NCBI RefSeq assembly: GCF_009914755.1
Contig: NC_060932.1
Strand: one strand, 5' to 3'
Length of the DNA stretch: 64,000 bases
Source: the human T2T-CHM13v2.0 reference genome, Homo sapiens
Below the pieces are notes generated by a model. It did not search any database, was not told the DNA's origin, and saw only the letters and a program-made list of their open reading frames with translations. Positions 28,350 to 42,714 of this stretch are shown piece after piece. Numbering within the stretch: the stretch's first letter is position 1; every line of letters starts with the position of its first letter. Made by a program: the position numbers and the translations under genes.

Positions 28350-29300
28350 TTAATTCATTAAAATTTCTTATTGAGAACCAATTATGTGATAAGCTTTGCA
28401 CTAGATATTGCGGACACACAAGTGAAGAAGACAAGCAGATCCCATTTCTGGTCCCCTTGGAAGAAATATTCTGGGTTACAGGTAGACAATGACCATGGGC
28501 AAAACTCAATTTTAACTTGTGATGATTATGAAGGAATCAAAACTCGGTGAAGGAGTGGAGAGAATTAAGTTAGAGTTAAGAACTGTGAATTTACAAATCA
28601 CACACACACCACACCCGCACACACCAAACAGGAAAAACAATTCCAGGCAAGGAAAGAGGTAAATGCCAAGACCCTATGGCAAGATTTATTCCGAGTGTTA
28701 AAGGACTAGAAAGCTGGTGAAGGTGGTCAAAGTGTACTAAATAAAACGAAAATTGTATAGCATTCGAAAAATAAACATGAGCCATCAATTTTAAGTTTCC
28801 TAAAGCTAAGTCATAATGAGAGTTTTAAATTATACTCTAATTGCATGAGACACCACTGTACAGTTTTAAGCAGAAGTGAAAATATTCTGATTTACGCTTG
28901 AAAAGATCCCTTGGGCTGCTCTATGGAAAATAAACATGAAGGTAATTTTGAGAGTGGGTGACACAAAATGGAAGCACTTAGGAAACATCGTTGTGGTCCA
29001 GTGGAGAAATGATGTTGATTTGAACTTAGGTAATTAATAGTGTAACTATTAAGAAGTCATTAGATAATTGAGAGTAAAACTAAAAAACTGTGGAACAGGA
29101 GATTCTAATTTTACTTCTGGATTTTTAACTGAGCTACAAGTGATATTATTTGAAATAAGTGGAATAGGGAAATCAAGAATTCTGTTTAGTTACATTAAAT
29201 TAGATATATATTTAGGAATGACTAGTTACAAATTGTCTATTAAAATCTGGTCTTCTAGTGAGAGTTTAGGGTTGGAGTATCCAAGAAGCAAAGTTGGAAG
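28350..29300 (-). mobile_element. L2 fragment
   Basis: ttcattaaaatttcttattgagaacc...; tttaagcagaagtga...tgaaaagatcccttgggctgct...gtggtccagtggagaaatgatg. Confidence 0.7.
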
Positions 29301-32267
29301 TATTTGGCTCAAGAATGAATAAACTTTATGAGTAAATATCTTTAGAAAAATTATAACTTTTACAATTTATTTCTAACCTTTTTTTCACTTTAGAATATAT
29401 TATTTGGCCTTAGTCACACCTATGCAAATAATTATTTATCAAACTCCTGAATTTTTATTTTCAAATAATGGTTATGTACTAAAACAGAATTATTACTAAA
29501 AATACTAGGATTTGAAGTATGGTGAGTATAGAAAAATGTTTAAAAAGTAATTTTGAAGAGAGCTTTTACTTAATTTGTGACTGTAAATATAACAATGAAA
29601 AGGCAAATTACTATAGATATAGACCTTGTATTTCAGGAACTGAACATAATTAGCCTTTACTTTGTTTTATGTTATCTGAGGGTCTGTATTTCTTCAGTTC
29701 TATAAATGTAAGCAATGTAATATTTCCCATGTTGCTAAATGGAGCTTGAAATCAGGGTAGCTGCTTAAGTTTTGGCATCATGATGATGTCAGCATTTCCC
29801 ATGAAAAATGAAAGTTACTCAATATAACTACTACATGCACAAAAATATTCAGCTTTCCATATTTGAAATTGGCTGACTGCATACAATATAGATGGTTCAG
29901 GAAAAGGAAACACTCTTTTTTCTCTAGGTTTTGCCAAACTGGTAACTACTTTGTTGATGAAAAATTCTGTAAAGCTATATAGTTAGTAAAACATTTACAT
30001 TTAACTCCAAGGTCTGTATTGCAAAATACCAATTTGGGTCCTATATTCTTATAGGAAGTGGAGTTTGATTAATGCTGGTATTTGATAAATCTCATTTATA
30101 AAATCCTCAATTATTTTTTAACTAAAATTACTTGGTATATTATGAATTATTCAATTGTTCTATATTTAATTCCTAAAAATACATGTGAGAACTCAATCTC
30201 ATCCAAATATATACTGTTTGGAAAAAAACAACAATACTAATATAGAATGTCCAAAATCTAAGAATTAACTAGGTATTTCAAAGCCAAAAAGTTTCCTGTT
30301 CAACATAAATTGAGCATATAAACTTACATTAATTTTTTTCCTAATTTTTAAAGAAAACTTTAATGAACGTAAGAACATTTGTTTTTATTTTTTGGTAGTA
30401 AAGTAAATCTGTAAATGAAAACTAACCATAATTGATTTAGAGGCTTATCATTAATGATCATTAGTTAGAGGCTGATCATCAAAGTCTAACATACGTGAAA
30501 TGTGACTGTGCAGCTATGCAGTTGATAATTTATTATTATAAGAGAGAAAGAAGGACCTGGAAAAAAAAGTATTTCCCAAATTTTCCAAACTGGTCTCTAG
30601 TGAAGCTTGAGCAAGTAATATACATTGCAGCGGATATTTATCCATTGAATGTGAATTTAAATTTTGGAAAATGTACAAAGAATTTAGAGTCAGGACTGTG
30701 CATACAATGATAGAACTATAGATACATTCATCAGATACGAAGTGTGACTTTGAGTTATTTAAATTGAATTTGAGTTTTGAAGATAATTTATAAACCTCAA
30801 AACTTTGTAGGCATATTAAGACTTCTTTTCTGATGCTGCATTTCAAAAACATTGAAGTCGCTGTATTAATTTTAAATCTCTCTCTCTCTCTCTGCCTCCT
30901 CTTCCTTGTCAGATCACCAAGATAAAATATGTGAAAAATTAGATTACTTGGCATTGCAGGATATTATTTCTTATGCACAGAACAATTCTCTAGTTCCCTA
31001 CATAATTTGGTGTCCCAGAAAGCTACAACACTTTAAATGGTCTGTACATCTAATGGTTCTACTTGTAAATCAATCCAACAGTAAATTCCCATACTCCATT
31101 TATATCAAATGCATAAATGCAAAGCTATTTTACTTAAATTTAGACTTCAGAATATTTATTTTTAAAAGCTGTGACAGATACTATACGACAGAAATTTCAA
31201 AAGAAGCAAAGATATATAGTAAATATTGCTCAAAGAAATGTTTCAAACTCTGAAGCAATTGATGAAACAAACATTTTAGAAATGCTAGAGGGAAAATAAC
31301 TGTTTTATGGAGAGATTTAGTACTAACGTATTTGTAAGGAGAATGAGATTGAGAGGTTTCTAAGCCTCCTAGTGAAATAAAGTAACCCATGAGCATTCCA
31401 CTGAACAATAATTTGACAGCTGTCTTTTTCTTTATTCGGGGGTTCTTTCTTTACTATTCTTGGCTTCTGTTGTTTTACTTAGACTGGGTTCTGCATACTT
31501 CTTGCACTTTAGTCACTATATACATTTAGTTATCGTAGACTGTACTAGAATTTAGTCTTTTCCTTTGGCCTGATTTGGCTACTCACCAATAATGCTTAGC
31601 AGTACTTTTCTATTTGCTTAATGAAAATGATTTTCCCTTGGCTCTTTTTTGTGGCCTTTTTTTCTTTCCTTTTCTACTGCTTCTAAATACCTTGACAATG
31701 CAAAATGTGTTTTTAAAATTTCTTCATTTAATTTTTTTCTTTCCATTTCTCCAGGTTAGCTATTTAGCAGATGTTTAACAGATTCTTTTGATTTGAGTTG
31801 AATTAGTCCCATATGAAAGTGTCAGAAATATAATGCATATGCTACACAGCAGAGCTAGTGTGAGCAATTCTTAATGATCAATCTGCCCAGTCTCTCCAGA
31901 TGCAGGTTATTCAAACTGATTAACTGATGACTCAGGTGGAATCACATTATAGTCAAAGTTATAAAGTAAAATAATTATATTACAGCATATCATTTTAAGT
32001 GATATGATATACTGTAATATAATTATTTTACTTTATGAAAACTTGGCTAAAGGCTTTATGAAACTGTTGACCTTTGTCGTTACATTTTTCATCAATGTTT
32101 TTCAAGTTAGGTTAAAGCAACATTTCAATACACATTTTATAAAGTATTTACAACAAAATTTACTCATAAGTGGGGAAGTGTTCAATTTTCTAAAATGCTA
32201 CTTTGTTAACCTATCTTTTCCATTCTGTGCCATTTTTAAAGTAGTTGTCACTCAAAACACTTAATTT

Positions 32268-32277
32268 TATATATATG

Positions 32278-32328
<51 letters not shown>
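32268..32328. repeat. (TA)n(CA)n(TA)n microsatellite
   Basis: Direct inspection. Confidence 0.95.
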
Positions 32329-35300
32329 GTTTTAGTGGTAGAAGAAAACAAATTGAAATTGAACCCTTTAAAATGAAATTATAGCAATTACTCCTTGATT
32401 GCCTATACTATCTTAAATCCTAAAATATTGTCACCTAAACCAAATCTTAAAGCTCAAAACCATTATTTTCCTTTCCTTGAAGAGTAAAATAATAAAACCT
32501 AAGAGCAAGAAGAATGAGAGAGACGGAGTTGATCAGACATCTTCTTATGTCCCTTAATCAGGGCAAAAGTACTTTGCCAACTTGCTAATTGATATTATAG
32601 AAATTGATTTTGAATGCCTTTTAATGTCCTGTTGTTTTACATTGATAATGAAACTTCTAGCCCTGTAACTATTCAAGGAAAATTTGATTATAGATTTTTT
32701 GTTGCCTGTATAATTTTTATGTATTTTACTGTTTTTTTCTTCTTCTTTGACATACAGCTTAGCTCTTCTCTCTGTAATAATCATTTAATTTTACTATTTT
32801 AATGTTTTTTAAATGGTTTTAATTCCTTCTTACCCAAAGTATATGATTTTTTTTATGGATATTTTTTCGAATTGTCATATTCATTACATTTTGTATTGCT
32901 GCCTTACTTTATTCAATGTTTCTCCTTAGTGCCCTTTTCTTCCACAAAGTTTGCCTAGATTTCTTCTCCATCTTTTTTTAGAAAAAGTCATTTTGCCTAC
33001 TACTGTGATTATATCTCCCTGAAGGTACGTAATTTTGAAAACAATGTGAGATGAAGAGGTGGAGTTCTCTCCAATGCTTGGATTATTGCAGTGGTTGGCA
33101 GGGCTTAGTCCTTATTGCAAATACCTTACCCAGAAAGAATCTTAAAATGCAAGGTGGACTGCTCTATCAGAGAGCCTAGCACCACATAGGATGTTAAGTG
33201 ACAATGTTAAAAATGCAGAGTGAGCATGTTATGTAGAAAATAGAATTACTTAACTTAATTTGAATTATCCATTCACTTTTGTTTTCACAACTGTCCTATT
33301 AGCTAATAGCAGGTTTTGATATACTGTGTGTGAGTGATTCCCATCACTCACTTCATTCAACAGCAATAGATCTATCATGCAGCTTCACAGATTTATGCTG
33401 TCTAAATTTTAAGGCAGTCACTTGGTTATTCAGTATTCTGTAGAGAGGGTGTTATCAGTCTACCATATCCAAGGTCATTCATGATTAATAGCATAATAAG
33501 AAGCAGAATTTGAATGTTTTGAAATCTTCTGCCAACTCATGTGCATTTTTGAGAATACACTGCAGATCACTTTTTCATTTCCTTTCATTTTCCTGCCACC
33601 CCTGGTTTCTGTTCTTTAAGGATATCCTGACAACATATGTACTCATCAAGCCTTAATGGTCTAACTGAAAATGAGATACTGATTCTCTTTTACCCTCTCT
33701 CACATGGATGATCAATATCTACACTTTACACACACACACACGCACACACACAATACTTGCCACAAGAAAGTTACTTGTTTCTTATGTCAGAAGTCATTGT
33801 TTTTATGTACAACATTGTTTTTCTGTATGCTGTAATTATGCATCTACACAACACATACCTCATTTTCACTTTATTTACAATCTCAAAAAGAGATGGGAAG
33901 AAGTCAATGACACATGAATAAGGCTGTGGAAAACTGGTTATTATAATCAGTGGACAGACAGGCTTAGAGAGTTAACCTGTAGAATCTGATAGATAAAGAT
34001 CATGAAAAGGACAACCAGGTTAGAGAAGGGCTACCTTCTTTAATTGAAGCTAACAGCTCATTACTGATATGATTAAGGTGCCTCCCAGAAGTCATTAATA
34101 CATGTAAATGAAGAAGGAAAATTTTAAATTTTAATATGAAAAGGGAGTATGTTGAAATGAGAAAGAATGATATAATAACAGGTACAAACTCAATGATCAT
34201 CAAAGAGCCTGGGGCACAAGGGGAAAGCAGGAGTTGAGGAAAGAAGAACATATTAGTATTTTGCTAGCATAGTCCTTAGGATGAGTATACTCTAATTCCA
34301 AATAATCAGTAGTACCCCCCAAATTTTAGTGTAATTCATTAGGCTACCATGGTTGATAGATTTAACTTCATGAAATTTCTCAATTTTCATAAAATGATTC
34401 TGTATTAATCAAGTAACTCTCTGTTTTGGGGGGGAAAATCTTGAAATGGCCTATCCAAAAAGAAATGGTCATGACTCATTTGATTTTTTAAAAAAATATT
34501 TTTAAATTTATATATATATATTAGTGATTAATAGCACTAATTAATCACTGTGCTTCAGCTTTATGAATCTGACTCTTGAATAAATGAATATGTGCTTGTT
34601 TGTAACAAATTTATCAGGACCCACCCAAAGAGACCAAATAAGTGGTAAGTAGAGACTGAGTGTGGAAAAGTCAAATTTTTCTCTCTGCTTTATCAACATT
34701 AACTCCTTGCTTTTGATCATTAGGCTCTCTAATGCTTTGATTGCCTAGCATTTTTATTATTAAATACTTCCTTACCTCAAATAATGTTATGAATAGCAGT
34801 AAGAAACATAATATTTTTAAGTATAATAAAAACTATATAAAAACAAGGAATTGTAATTGGTCACAAAATTAACGTCGAAAATAGAATAAAACCAAATCTC
34901 TAACTCTGCAAATGTGTGCAACGATACAAACATTTAAATATGCAACCTTCTTAAATCTTCCTAGGAACAGCAAAGCTTGGCACTTTGGAAGCTTGATAAC
35001 ATCACAGCATGGAAGAAAAGTGGAAGGAAGGTAAGGAGTTCTTCAGAAAAAATAAATAAATAAAGACGATTGCCAATTCTTGTATAAGAGAAAACCGAAG
35101 AGGCAAGAGCTAGGGAAATTAGGATTCTCACTAACAAAATATTTACCAAGGATTGCAAAACCTTTCCTTTGCTTCCTGTGCTCTCTGGATTCATCAAAAG
35201 CCATAACTCTTTCCTTCAACTTTTTCTAACAGATTTTGGGACCATCTAGAAGGTAGGGTTCACAATAAAATTAATTGTTTACTTATTGCTATATCTGCAG

Positions 35301-35739
35301 AATCTATTAAATTTTTAAAAATAGCACAATGTTTGATAAATTTTTTGAATTAATGGCTGAATAAATGTAGTCACGGTGCTAAAACCAATGTCTTCCATCC
35401 TAATCCTTTGCAATTACCATGGAAGGTTGAAAAAGCTAATGTAAACATGGGTTTGCACAGTAATTGAGAAAGAACATGTTGATATTTTAGAAAATAAGTG
35501 TTCATTAATTTCCATTATTTTCATTCCTTTTAAATCTTCATTACTGCAAAAGAAATAAGCTAAACAAGATAATTTGGTAATACCACTTACAGATATATCT
35601 GCAATACTACATTTTGCATTTGTAGTAAACGAGTAAGAATAAAATTGTAGAATAGAATAACATATCTTATATGATACCAATTTCTTTGAAAAAAGAGAGC
35701 AAGAAAGACAACAATATAGCTATACAATTTTATAGCCAT

Positions 35740-35922
35740 CCCTATTACTCTATTCTCTAGCTGCTTGGCATTGGGCACGTTATTAATTTCTATATTGCCA
35801 TGGTATAATCATCTATAAATTCAGGGTATTAATATTACCTATTTTCTTTGATAAGTATACAATAATGAGATGAATACACAATAGATGGCACAGATTAAGA
35901 GCTTAATAAATATTTACTACTT
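35740..35922 (+). mobile_element. MIR
   Basis: ctagctg...ttgggcacgttattaa...tcatctataaa...tggcacaga...gcttaataaatatt. Confidence 0.65.
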
Positions 35923-37695
35923 GAATTATTGTTTCCATTTATTTTCTAGAATAAGTTCAGGTGGGTGAAGGGATTACCTGTATCTTCTAAGTACTTTGAT
36001 GAGCTATTCTGCATTGTATAACTGCACATAGGTATTCAGAAATAAAAGCTATTTTAATTTTGAGACAAATGGCTGTTGAGATATGCTTTGGAACACTGCA
36101 TAATTATAAGATTTCATTCAAATCCAGACTTAATTTTCTTCAGCCATCACCACTTCGATATTTAAGCCTTTTCTATATAAAACTTGTTTATGTCATCTGG
36201 TTTGTCTCATTCGAGCTTTCACTTTAAATTTGTTTTCAAAACATCTAAGTCCATCAAATTTCTACTGAAAACTTTTTCTGTAGATATGTGAATTCTACAG
36301 GATCATTCTTCTCTTCTGTTCTTTATTATTGTTAAACATAATAATTATGATATTCATACCTGATAGAAGAGGCTTCATTTATGTACAGTATCATAAACTA
36401 TTAGAGAACAATGGGCCTAATTACTAAGTTATTTCAAATTCTTCAAGTTACATAGTGAAAATGATTGCAGGCCTTTTGGGGGCCAGGACTCTTCATTATT
36501 CATCTTTATATTCTCAGCCTCTAGCATTGTGCATGATAAATTAAGTATTTAAATAGAATTAGCCAAGAAAGTTCTAATTTCTATGGTTCCTTACAGCAAA
36601 ATAAGATTTGATGATTCAGAGAAAAAGGCATGTCAAAAGTGCAGCAAAAACATGTCTTAAACATCTTCATTGTGCCAGTTAAAGATGGAATATAAGTTTA
36701 AAAATCAAAAATAAAGTGCTGTATGGCTGTTTTATTATTATTATTGAAATGTCTATCACATAAACTAATATATAAAAATTTCCTCTGAAAATTTTAAAAT
36801 TACTTTCTATGTAATAAATGCTTCCTTTTCTCTGTAAAAAAAAAAAAGGCAGAAATTAACCCACGCATGTAGATGATTTCAGAAACGGATGGAATAACTA
36901 GATTTGTACAAAAACCTGCGATGTTATTTCTATGTGTGGCTATTTTATCAGGATGGGCCTTATAAGTTATTAAGAATTCACAACATAGATTTAAGGGCTT
37001 ATATATCTGGGGAATATAAAGAAGGGGGAAAAAAGAAACCTTGTCTCTATTATGACGGCTACTGTTATGCCAACAACGTCAAACAACAAGGCATTTGCCA
37101 ACTCATAAATGTGGTGAAAGCTCTCTAACTAGCAGTATTGTTTCTTCATGATAAATTCACTCTATCTTTCCTCATGAGCTTGGAAACATTACCAAACTCA
37201 AAAGGAACATGGGTGGAAGGATCACTACTGAGAGCTTTCACCTGTTTCCTGTTGCTAAGGAAACCATTTCCTTTGTACATGTTCAGAATAGCAGGTTCCT
37301 TTGAATTCTGCCTTTCAAACTCTATTTTTTAAAGCAACATATAGATATATAACCCATATTTTGAGATGTACATCCTCTTATTGTTTCTAGTATCTGATCA
37401 AAAAGTTTCATCCAATTAGAGGTAATATATACTTTTTGCAGATAAAAATATTGCAGACAGAAAATTCCTTTTTGTTGTTTTATATTTTCTAAAATCTACA
37501 GTGCTTTCCAACTCACAAAAGAGTCAGTAAATCTAAGATATCTCTATGACCTCTGAATATGTATCTCTCAACACTGGCTGAAATATTTTACAACTTTTGG
37601 TGTTTGATATGATTGGAAACAGTCATGTTTAGTTGTTCTGTAGTGACGGAGTTATCACACACTAACTTAATTGCTTAGCAATCGCTTGTTGAAAC

Positions 37696-38269
37696 TGTAG
37701 GGGAAGAACAGCACATTTTTATTCAACATAGTTCTTAGTTGGAAGGAAACCAGTAACAACAGGTAAATTAACAAGAGAAAAACAAACAGAAGTTTATTAA
37801 CATGTATATTTCATATATACATGAATATACCCAAGAAATAAGTCATTCCTTCTCTAAGAGATGGCTTTGAATTCCAGATTATGTAGCATGTTCAACAAAG
37901 AAAAGTAAATTTTTAGAGAAATGACAAAACAAAAAGAAAGAACTTTGAGTCTCTAGGGGTGCAATTTGGGGGAAGCAAATAAATGCCAGATTAAGAATAG
38001 TAAAACTTGTTAATACATATTCCTGTGGTAGAATCTTCCAGGTCCATAAAGTTCCAAAGCAGTGATGGAGGTAGGGGTTGGGGGTAAGGGGATGTCCCGG
38101 TGTGGCAGGAGGGCTGGAGGGGGTGGGGCATACCATTTGCTTTTGTAAATATATGTCCTGCGTTTCGACAAATAGAGAGATGATAGGCAATTATTCTGCA
38201 TCTGCTTTTTCTTAATTGTCTTCAGATCAACAATTCATATTTTGGGGTGGCATATCCTGGTCTCCCACA
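37696..38269 (-). mobile_element. ERV1 solo LTR (MER34 family)
   Basis: TG...CA ends; right end reads TGTGGGAGACCAGGATATGCCACCCCAAAATATG on the minus strand; ttaacaagagaaaaacaaacagaagtttattaacatg. Confidence 0.85.
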
Positions 38270-41020
38270 AAAAATCCCATCTTTTTTCATTAAAAAATAT
38301 TGTTAATATTTGTTTATTTAAACATTTTGTGGAAGCATTAGCTCAAATGTAAAATTTCAAAGACAAAAGATGAAAACTGGAGTTTCATTATAGTGCAGTG
38401 ATTGCTATGTATATTTGCCAGCCACTAACAACAGCAGGTGTGGACATTGGCCATAAATACTAGCTGATTTCATAACTTGGATTGTAAATGCTATAATTAT
38501 ATGTTGTAATTCACATTATACGACTGAGAATTGTAGCTCAGTCTACAGCTTTATTGCAACATTCTCATTAATGTCCTGTTTATTCAGGATCTTCCAAATA
38601 ATTCCTTTGAGCACCCATCATGATATTTGTAATTATATTCTTTGTATCTCTTCAAAATGTTTTGGACCCGTCTTACATGTTTTGATGTGCATGGTGCTCT
38701 GAAACCACAGACTACAAACCCAAATTACATCACCAAAAAGTTAAAGTGCTTTTGATTATTATAAAATAATTTCCTTTATTTGTTTATGTCTATTCAGTGA
38801 TTATGACTTCTGGTGAAAAATTTGTTTTTAATTTTAGAGAAAAGTATACGCCTATGTATTAAATTGACATTTAATTGACTTCTACAAATTCTTATTATTA
38901 TGCATATTTATGTGACTTGCCTATTGCTTTCAGCCTAACAATCACTGATATAATACCACATTTCCTTCAGAGACAATGTTGTTTTATGCACAAAGAAAAA
39001 AATTTTAGTGCATAAACATGCTTCAGTTTCAAGGAGACTATTTCACTGATATGAATAAGAATGCACTATGAATAAGAATGTACAATAATTTAGTTAACTC
39101 ACTGCTTTTCTCACATTAGCTGTTCAATGAAGATATTTGTTCAGTAATGTTAAGCATTAATTTTAATAGAATAAAATTGTGTGTGTATGTTACATGTGTA
39201 TACACAAATGTATATATACACTACACAATTTGGGGCATATTTAAGGATTCACAATTCTGCTTCTTAGATATCGATTAAATAACTGCTTTAAAATTAAAAT
39301 TTTCATAATATTCCATTCCTTAAAGTCCCATATTTATTCTTAACTTACAATTCAGTATCATACTGGCACTTTGATTTTAAAAGCGAAACAATTGCTTTGG
39401 TTCATCAGCCTCTGGGAGTATAATGTTTGATGGCTTTTGTTGGCTTATTGCACTTTAATTAGCGTGATGCTGTGCACCTTTGGTATGTAGCACGCGGTTA
39501 TGCTACCCTTAATTGAAATCTTTCTCTTGTGTCTGTAATCATTATATCATCTTGATGCTTGGAAGTGCTACTTTTATGGAGTATGCGGTAATACTGCATT
39601 AGCCCCTTGAAGCTGGGGAGTTTGATTAACAGAATCAGATAAGCTACAAGAAGTTCTCTGATTCTTAGCTCTAGTATCTCCAAATGCATTTTATAAATTG
39701 CCTGCTTACCTTAATATTACAAATATGCAGATACATACCACTTACTGTAGAAAATGAAAATTTACAGTGAAAATTTATTTTCTTGCACACACTTAGACTA
39801 AAGGTTACTGATTCAAAATGTTTAATAAAGATATTACTTCCCATTTTGCACTCAGTGGGAAATAGTTTTAAAAGCAAGACAAGGTATATAAAAATCATCT
39901 TTCCCTTTTATTTTGCTTTCCTTTGACTCTGGATTATTTACACAATGCTTTCTAAGCTATTTTTTTTCCATTGCAGATTTTCCTTACTATTTTTCTAACA
40001 TGCTGGTTTACACTGCTTTTAAGGGTCCTCAGAATGTTTCTGTAGGGTGATTGATTTAAACAACTCTTACAGTTATATCAAAAGGAAAGTCATCAAAGGT
40101 GGAGAATAAACATTTTAAAGAACATGCAGAATTCCTTTGTCAAACTAAGACTTTTACCCAAAAAAATATATTCAAATAGTGAAAAGGAAAAACAAACATA
40201 ATGTACTTTAAAGATGGCATATGCAACAGTAGTCATGAAACAGAGCTGAGGGTTTAACCACAGCTCAGAACCATGAGGCTTGAAGTATTACAAAGTAGGG
40301 ATAGTTTGGAGACTGATGGAAGAGGATTTTCCAAGATGAGTAGAAAAAATATTGGCAGCAAGAAAGAACATAAAGATGTTAAAATGAAACTGTCACCTAT
40401 TCTTCAATAACACTTAAAATGGTCAACATAACCTTTTGCATTCTGAAAAACCTAAGTTGGTGAGAAAATAGCTGTGTAATTTCCCAAGACCTGCAGGATT
40501 GCCAATAGGTTCGAAACGTAGAGCCAAGGAGGACTCTGGATGAGACGTGCAGCTGGAATTCAAAAGCGTCAGTGGCAGAAGAAACGGTGCAGTAAATAAG
40601 ATAGAAATAAATCTACTTAATGTTAACTATGTTTTTCTTTGATGGTTGTGACTATAGGTGGTTTTCTTCTTCTTTGTGATAATCTGTATATCAGTTTTCT
40701 ACAATAGACAGGCACCCTTTAGTTATAATCTTATTTATTTATGTTATTTGAAAAGTTACCCATAAAAAAGTGACCCCTAGAAGGAACAGCCCCTACAGTT
40801 CACTGATACCTTCTTTATAAGCAGGGCTTGCCAGGTTTATAAACCAGCTAGCAACACTAGCTAAAGTTTTAGTTTGATGTTGTATATACATCATGTTAGT
40901 AAATATATGTGTGATTTAAATTAAACCTTGTATTTCAGTTGAGTGTTTTACAAATATGTCGTGCAGCAAAAAAACATTGCTTACATGTTTACCTATTCTA
41001 CATACCAATATAATGAGCTA

Positions 41021-42135
41021 AAGTCATGTGCACAGGTCATGATGGACTGCATATATGACAGTGGTCCCATAATGTTATAATGGAGTTGAAAAATTCCTAT
41101 CACCTAGGGACATCATAGCTGTAAAACTATACCACACACAATTATGTACACTACATAATACTTGATAATGAAAACAAATGACTGTTACCATTTATATACT
41201 ATAGTTTTTATCTATATAAAAACTATATCTATATGGTTATATATATATGGTTATATATATATAACCATATAGATATAGATATAACTATATACAGTTATAT
41301 ATAGTTATATATATAGCTATATATGATGTATACATTTATCTATATAAAAACTATAGTATAAAAACTATAGTTTTTATACTATATGACTGTTACCATTTAT
41401 TATACTATAGTTTTTATCATTATTTTAGGGTATCCTAATTGTACTTATTTTTTAAAAGTTAGCTGTAGGCAAAGAAAGGCTTTCATGAGGTATTCCTGAG
41501 GAAGAAACTGTCATCATAGGAGGTGACAGCTCTATGCATGATAATGCCCTAATGACATTTCAGTGGACAAGATTTAGAGATGAATAACAGTTATAATAAT
41601 TATTCTGACCCTGCATAGGCCTAGGCTAAGGTGCGTGTTTGTGTGTTAATTTATAACAAAAAAGTTTATAAAGTAAAAAAAAAATTAAAAATAGAAAAAA
41701 TTTTAGAATAAGGATGTAAGAAAGAAAATATTTTGTACAGCTATACAATGTGTTTATGTTTTAAGTAAAGCATTATCGCAAAAGAGTAAAAATGTTTTAA
41801 AAATTAAAAAGTTTATAATGTAAAAAATTACATAAGCTAAGGTTAATTTATTACTGAAGAAAATTTTTTAACAAATTTAGTGTAGCTTAAGTGTACAGTG
41901 CTTATAAAATCTACAGTAGTGTGCAGTAATGTCCTGGGCCTTCACATTCACTCACCATTTGTGCACTGACTCACCCAGAGCACCTTCCAGTCCTGCAAGC
42001 TCCATTCATAGCAAGTGTCCTTTATTTTAGGAGTACTAATTGTTAATATCTTTTATGCCATACGTTCACTATACTTTTTTTTTTATTTATATATGTTAAG
42101 ATAAACAAATACTATCTTTGTGTTATACTTGGTCA
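41021..42135 (+). mobile_element. Tigger3b
   Basis: TA then aagtcatgtgc...gacagtggtcccata...ggagttgaaaaattcctatcacctag...cactgactcacccagagca...cctgcaagctccattcat; homologous to the 27 kb copy. Confidence 0.9.
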
Positions 42136-42714
42136 TAGGCAATTTTGAAATCTAGGTAATTTTATTTGGGGGTATATTTTGTTCTGGTTTAGTGGGATAT
42201 ATGTATATGGTTTGTATTCACTTCTACTAGTTAATTACTAACAATTGTCCCAGTATAGAAATACTTTTCTACTCACTTGTGTCATGGACCAAATATGCAA
42301 TGAAAGAAGCCGTATGTCAACATGAATATGTCATATGGGATCTGCTATGATAAGTGTGTTGGCAGTGGTGAAGAAACAATATTTGAAATGTGCATAGTCA
42401 AAAGTTAGTCTACAGAAATTTATTCTACATAACAGACATATTAAATCTTAAGTACAAGATTTCATTCTCATACAAGTTCAGTTTATATGGAGGCAATTTT
42501 CTATCAACAATATACATAATTAATATACAAATATATACACACAAAACATATTTTATTCTTTGAGAGAATCACATCAAAAAAGAAATTTTTCAGATTTTAT
42601 ATTTCAAGGTTTTAAACCTGTAACAATCCTACAAATTATTAATATATTTTCATGTGATATTGCAAGTTTTATACATCCAACTACCAACCATATAACAAAT
42701 CTCGATCACTGTAC

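Noticed and set aside
30514-31253. 146-aa and 115-aa ORFs
   Set aside because: No recognisable domain, AT-driven composition and no convincing splice context.
39050-39083. 17-bp tandem duplication tatgaataagaatg(c/t)ac
   Set aside because: Ordinary slippage, two copies only.
39710-39744. 35-nt minus-strand micro-exon candidate (ctacag|...aag|gtaagc)
   Set aside because: Not frame-preserving and has competing internal donor-like sites; no other support.
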